Positions 45,440 to 45,588 of a stretch of 45,588 bases of DNA are shown piece by piece. The position numbers and the translations under genes were made by a program. The stretch comes from Vectrevirus PDP21P3. Below the pieces are notes generated by a model that had not been told where the DNA came from, did not search any database, and worked only from the letters and a program-made list of their open reading frames with translations. Location: the sequence record OZ035804.1; one strand, 5' to 3'. Position 1 is the stretch's first letter; each line of letters opens with the position of its first letter.

Positions 45440-45588
45440 ATGATTAACTCCGAACTGGTAGATAGTGGTGTGAAGCTTGCGCCACCTGCACTCGTATCAG
45501 GTGGGTACTTCCTCGGTATCAGTTGGGATAATTGGGTGTTAATAGCAACATTCATTTATACCGTGTTGCAAATTGGGGACTGGTTTTA
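45440..45588 (+). CDS. class II holin (T7 gp17.5-like), 5' partial at window end
   Basis: RBS AAGGAGG; LGISWDNWVLIATFIYTVLQIGDWF resembles T7 holin (…GLSLNEWFYVAAIAYTVVQIGAKV…, from memory); reading frame continues at positions 1..46 if the record is circular. Confidence 0.6.
   Translation, partial: MINSELVDSGVKLAPPALVSGGYFLGISWDNWVLIATFIYTVLQIGDWF

Noticed and set aside
1-45588. Prophage or temperate lifestyle; tRNA or rRNA genes
   Set aside because: No integrase, repressor or attachment-site-like features and no cloverleaf-like tRNA candidates noticed; gene content is that of a strictly lytic T7-type phage. Absence of tRNAs is not proven without a dedicated scan.

Overview
The window reads as an essentially complete genome of a lytic T7-supergroup podophage with SP6/K1-5-like organisation (Autographiviridae-like). 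All convincing genes are on the + strand. Calls rest on reading the translations, motifs remembered from T7/SP6 proteins, and synteny; no database search was run. Layout: holin 3' end and terS/terL at the window start; two paralogous small genes; M15 endolysin, gp19.5-like peptide and overlapping spanins; two tailspikes; a ~900 bp non-coding region (about 8150-9020) with short repeats that probably holds the physical genome ends; host-type early promoters and early genes including ocr; single-subunit RNAP; replication module (primase/helicase, DNAP, exonuclease, endonuclease VII, ligase, three HNH endonucleases); then portal, scaffold, capsid, tail tube A/B, three internal virion proteins, tail-fibre-like adaptor and the holin 5' part at the window end. 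The holin ORF is cut by the window end and continues in frame at position 1, so the record is likely a circularly permuted assembly. Most notable non-coding signals: three copies of an E. coli rrn boxA-like motif in the early region, six copies of an 18-bp perfect palindrome between gene blocks, and about a dozen SP6-like phage promoters. No integrase, CRISPR array or recognisable tRNA/rRNA gene was seen.
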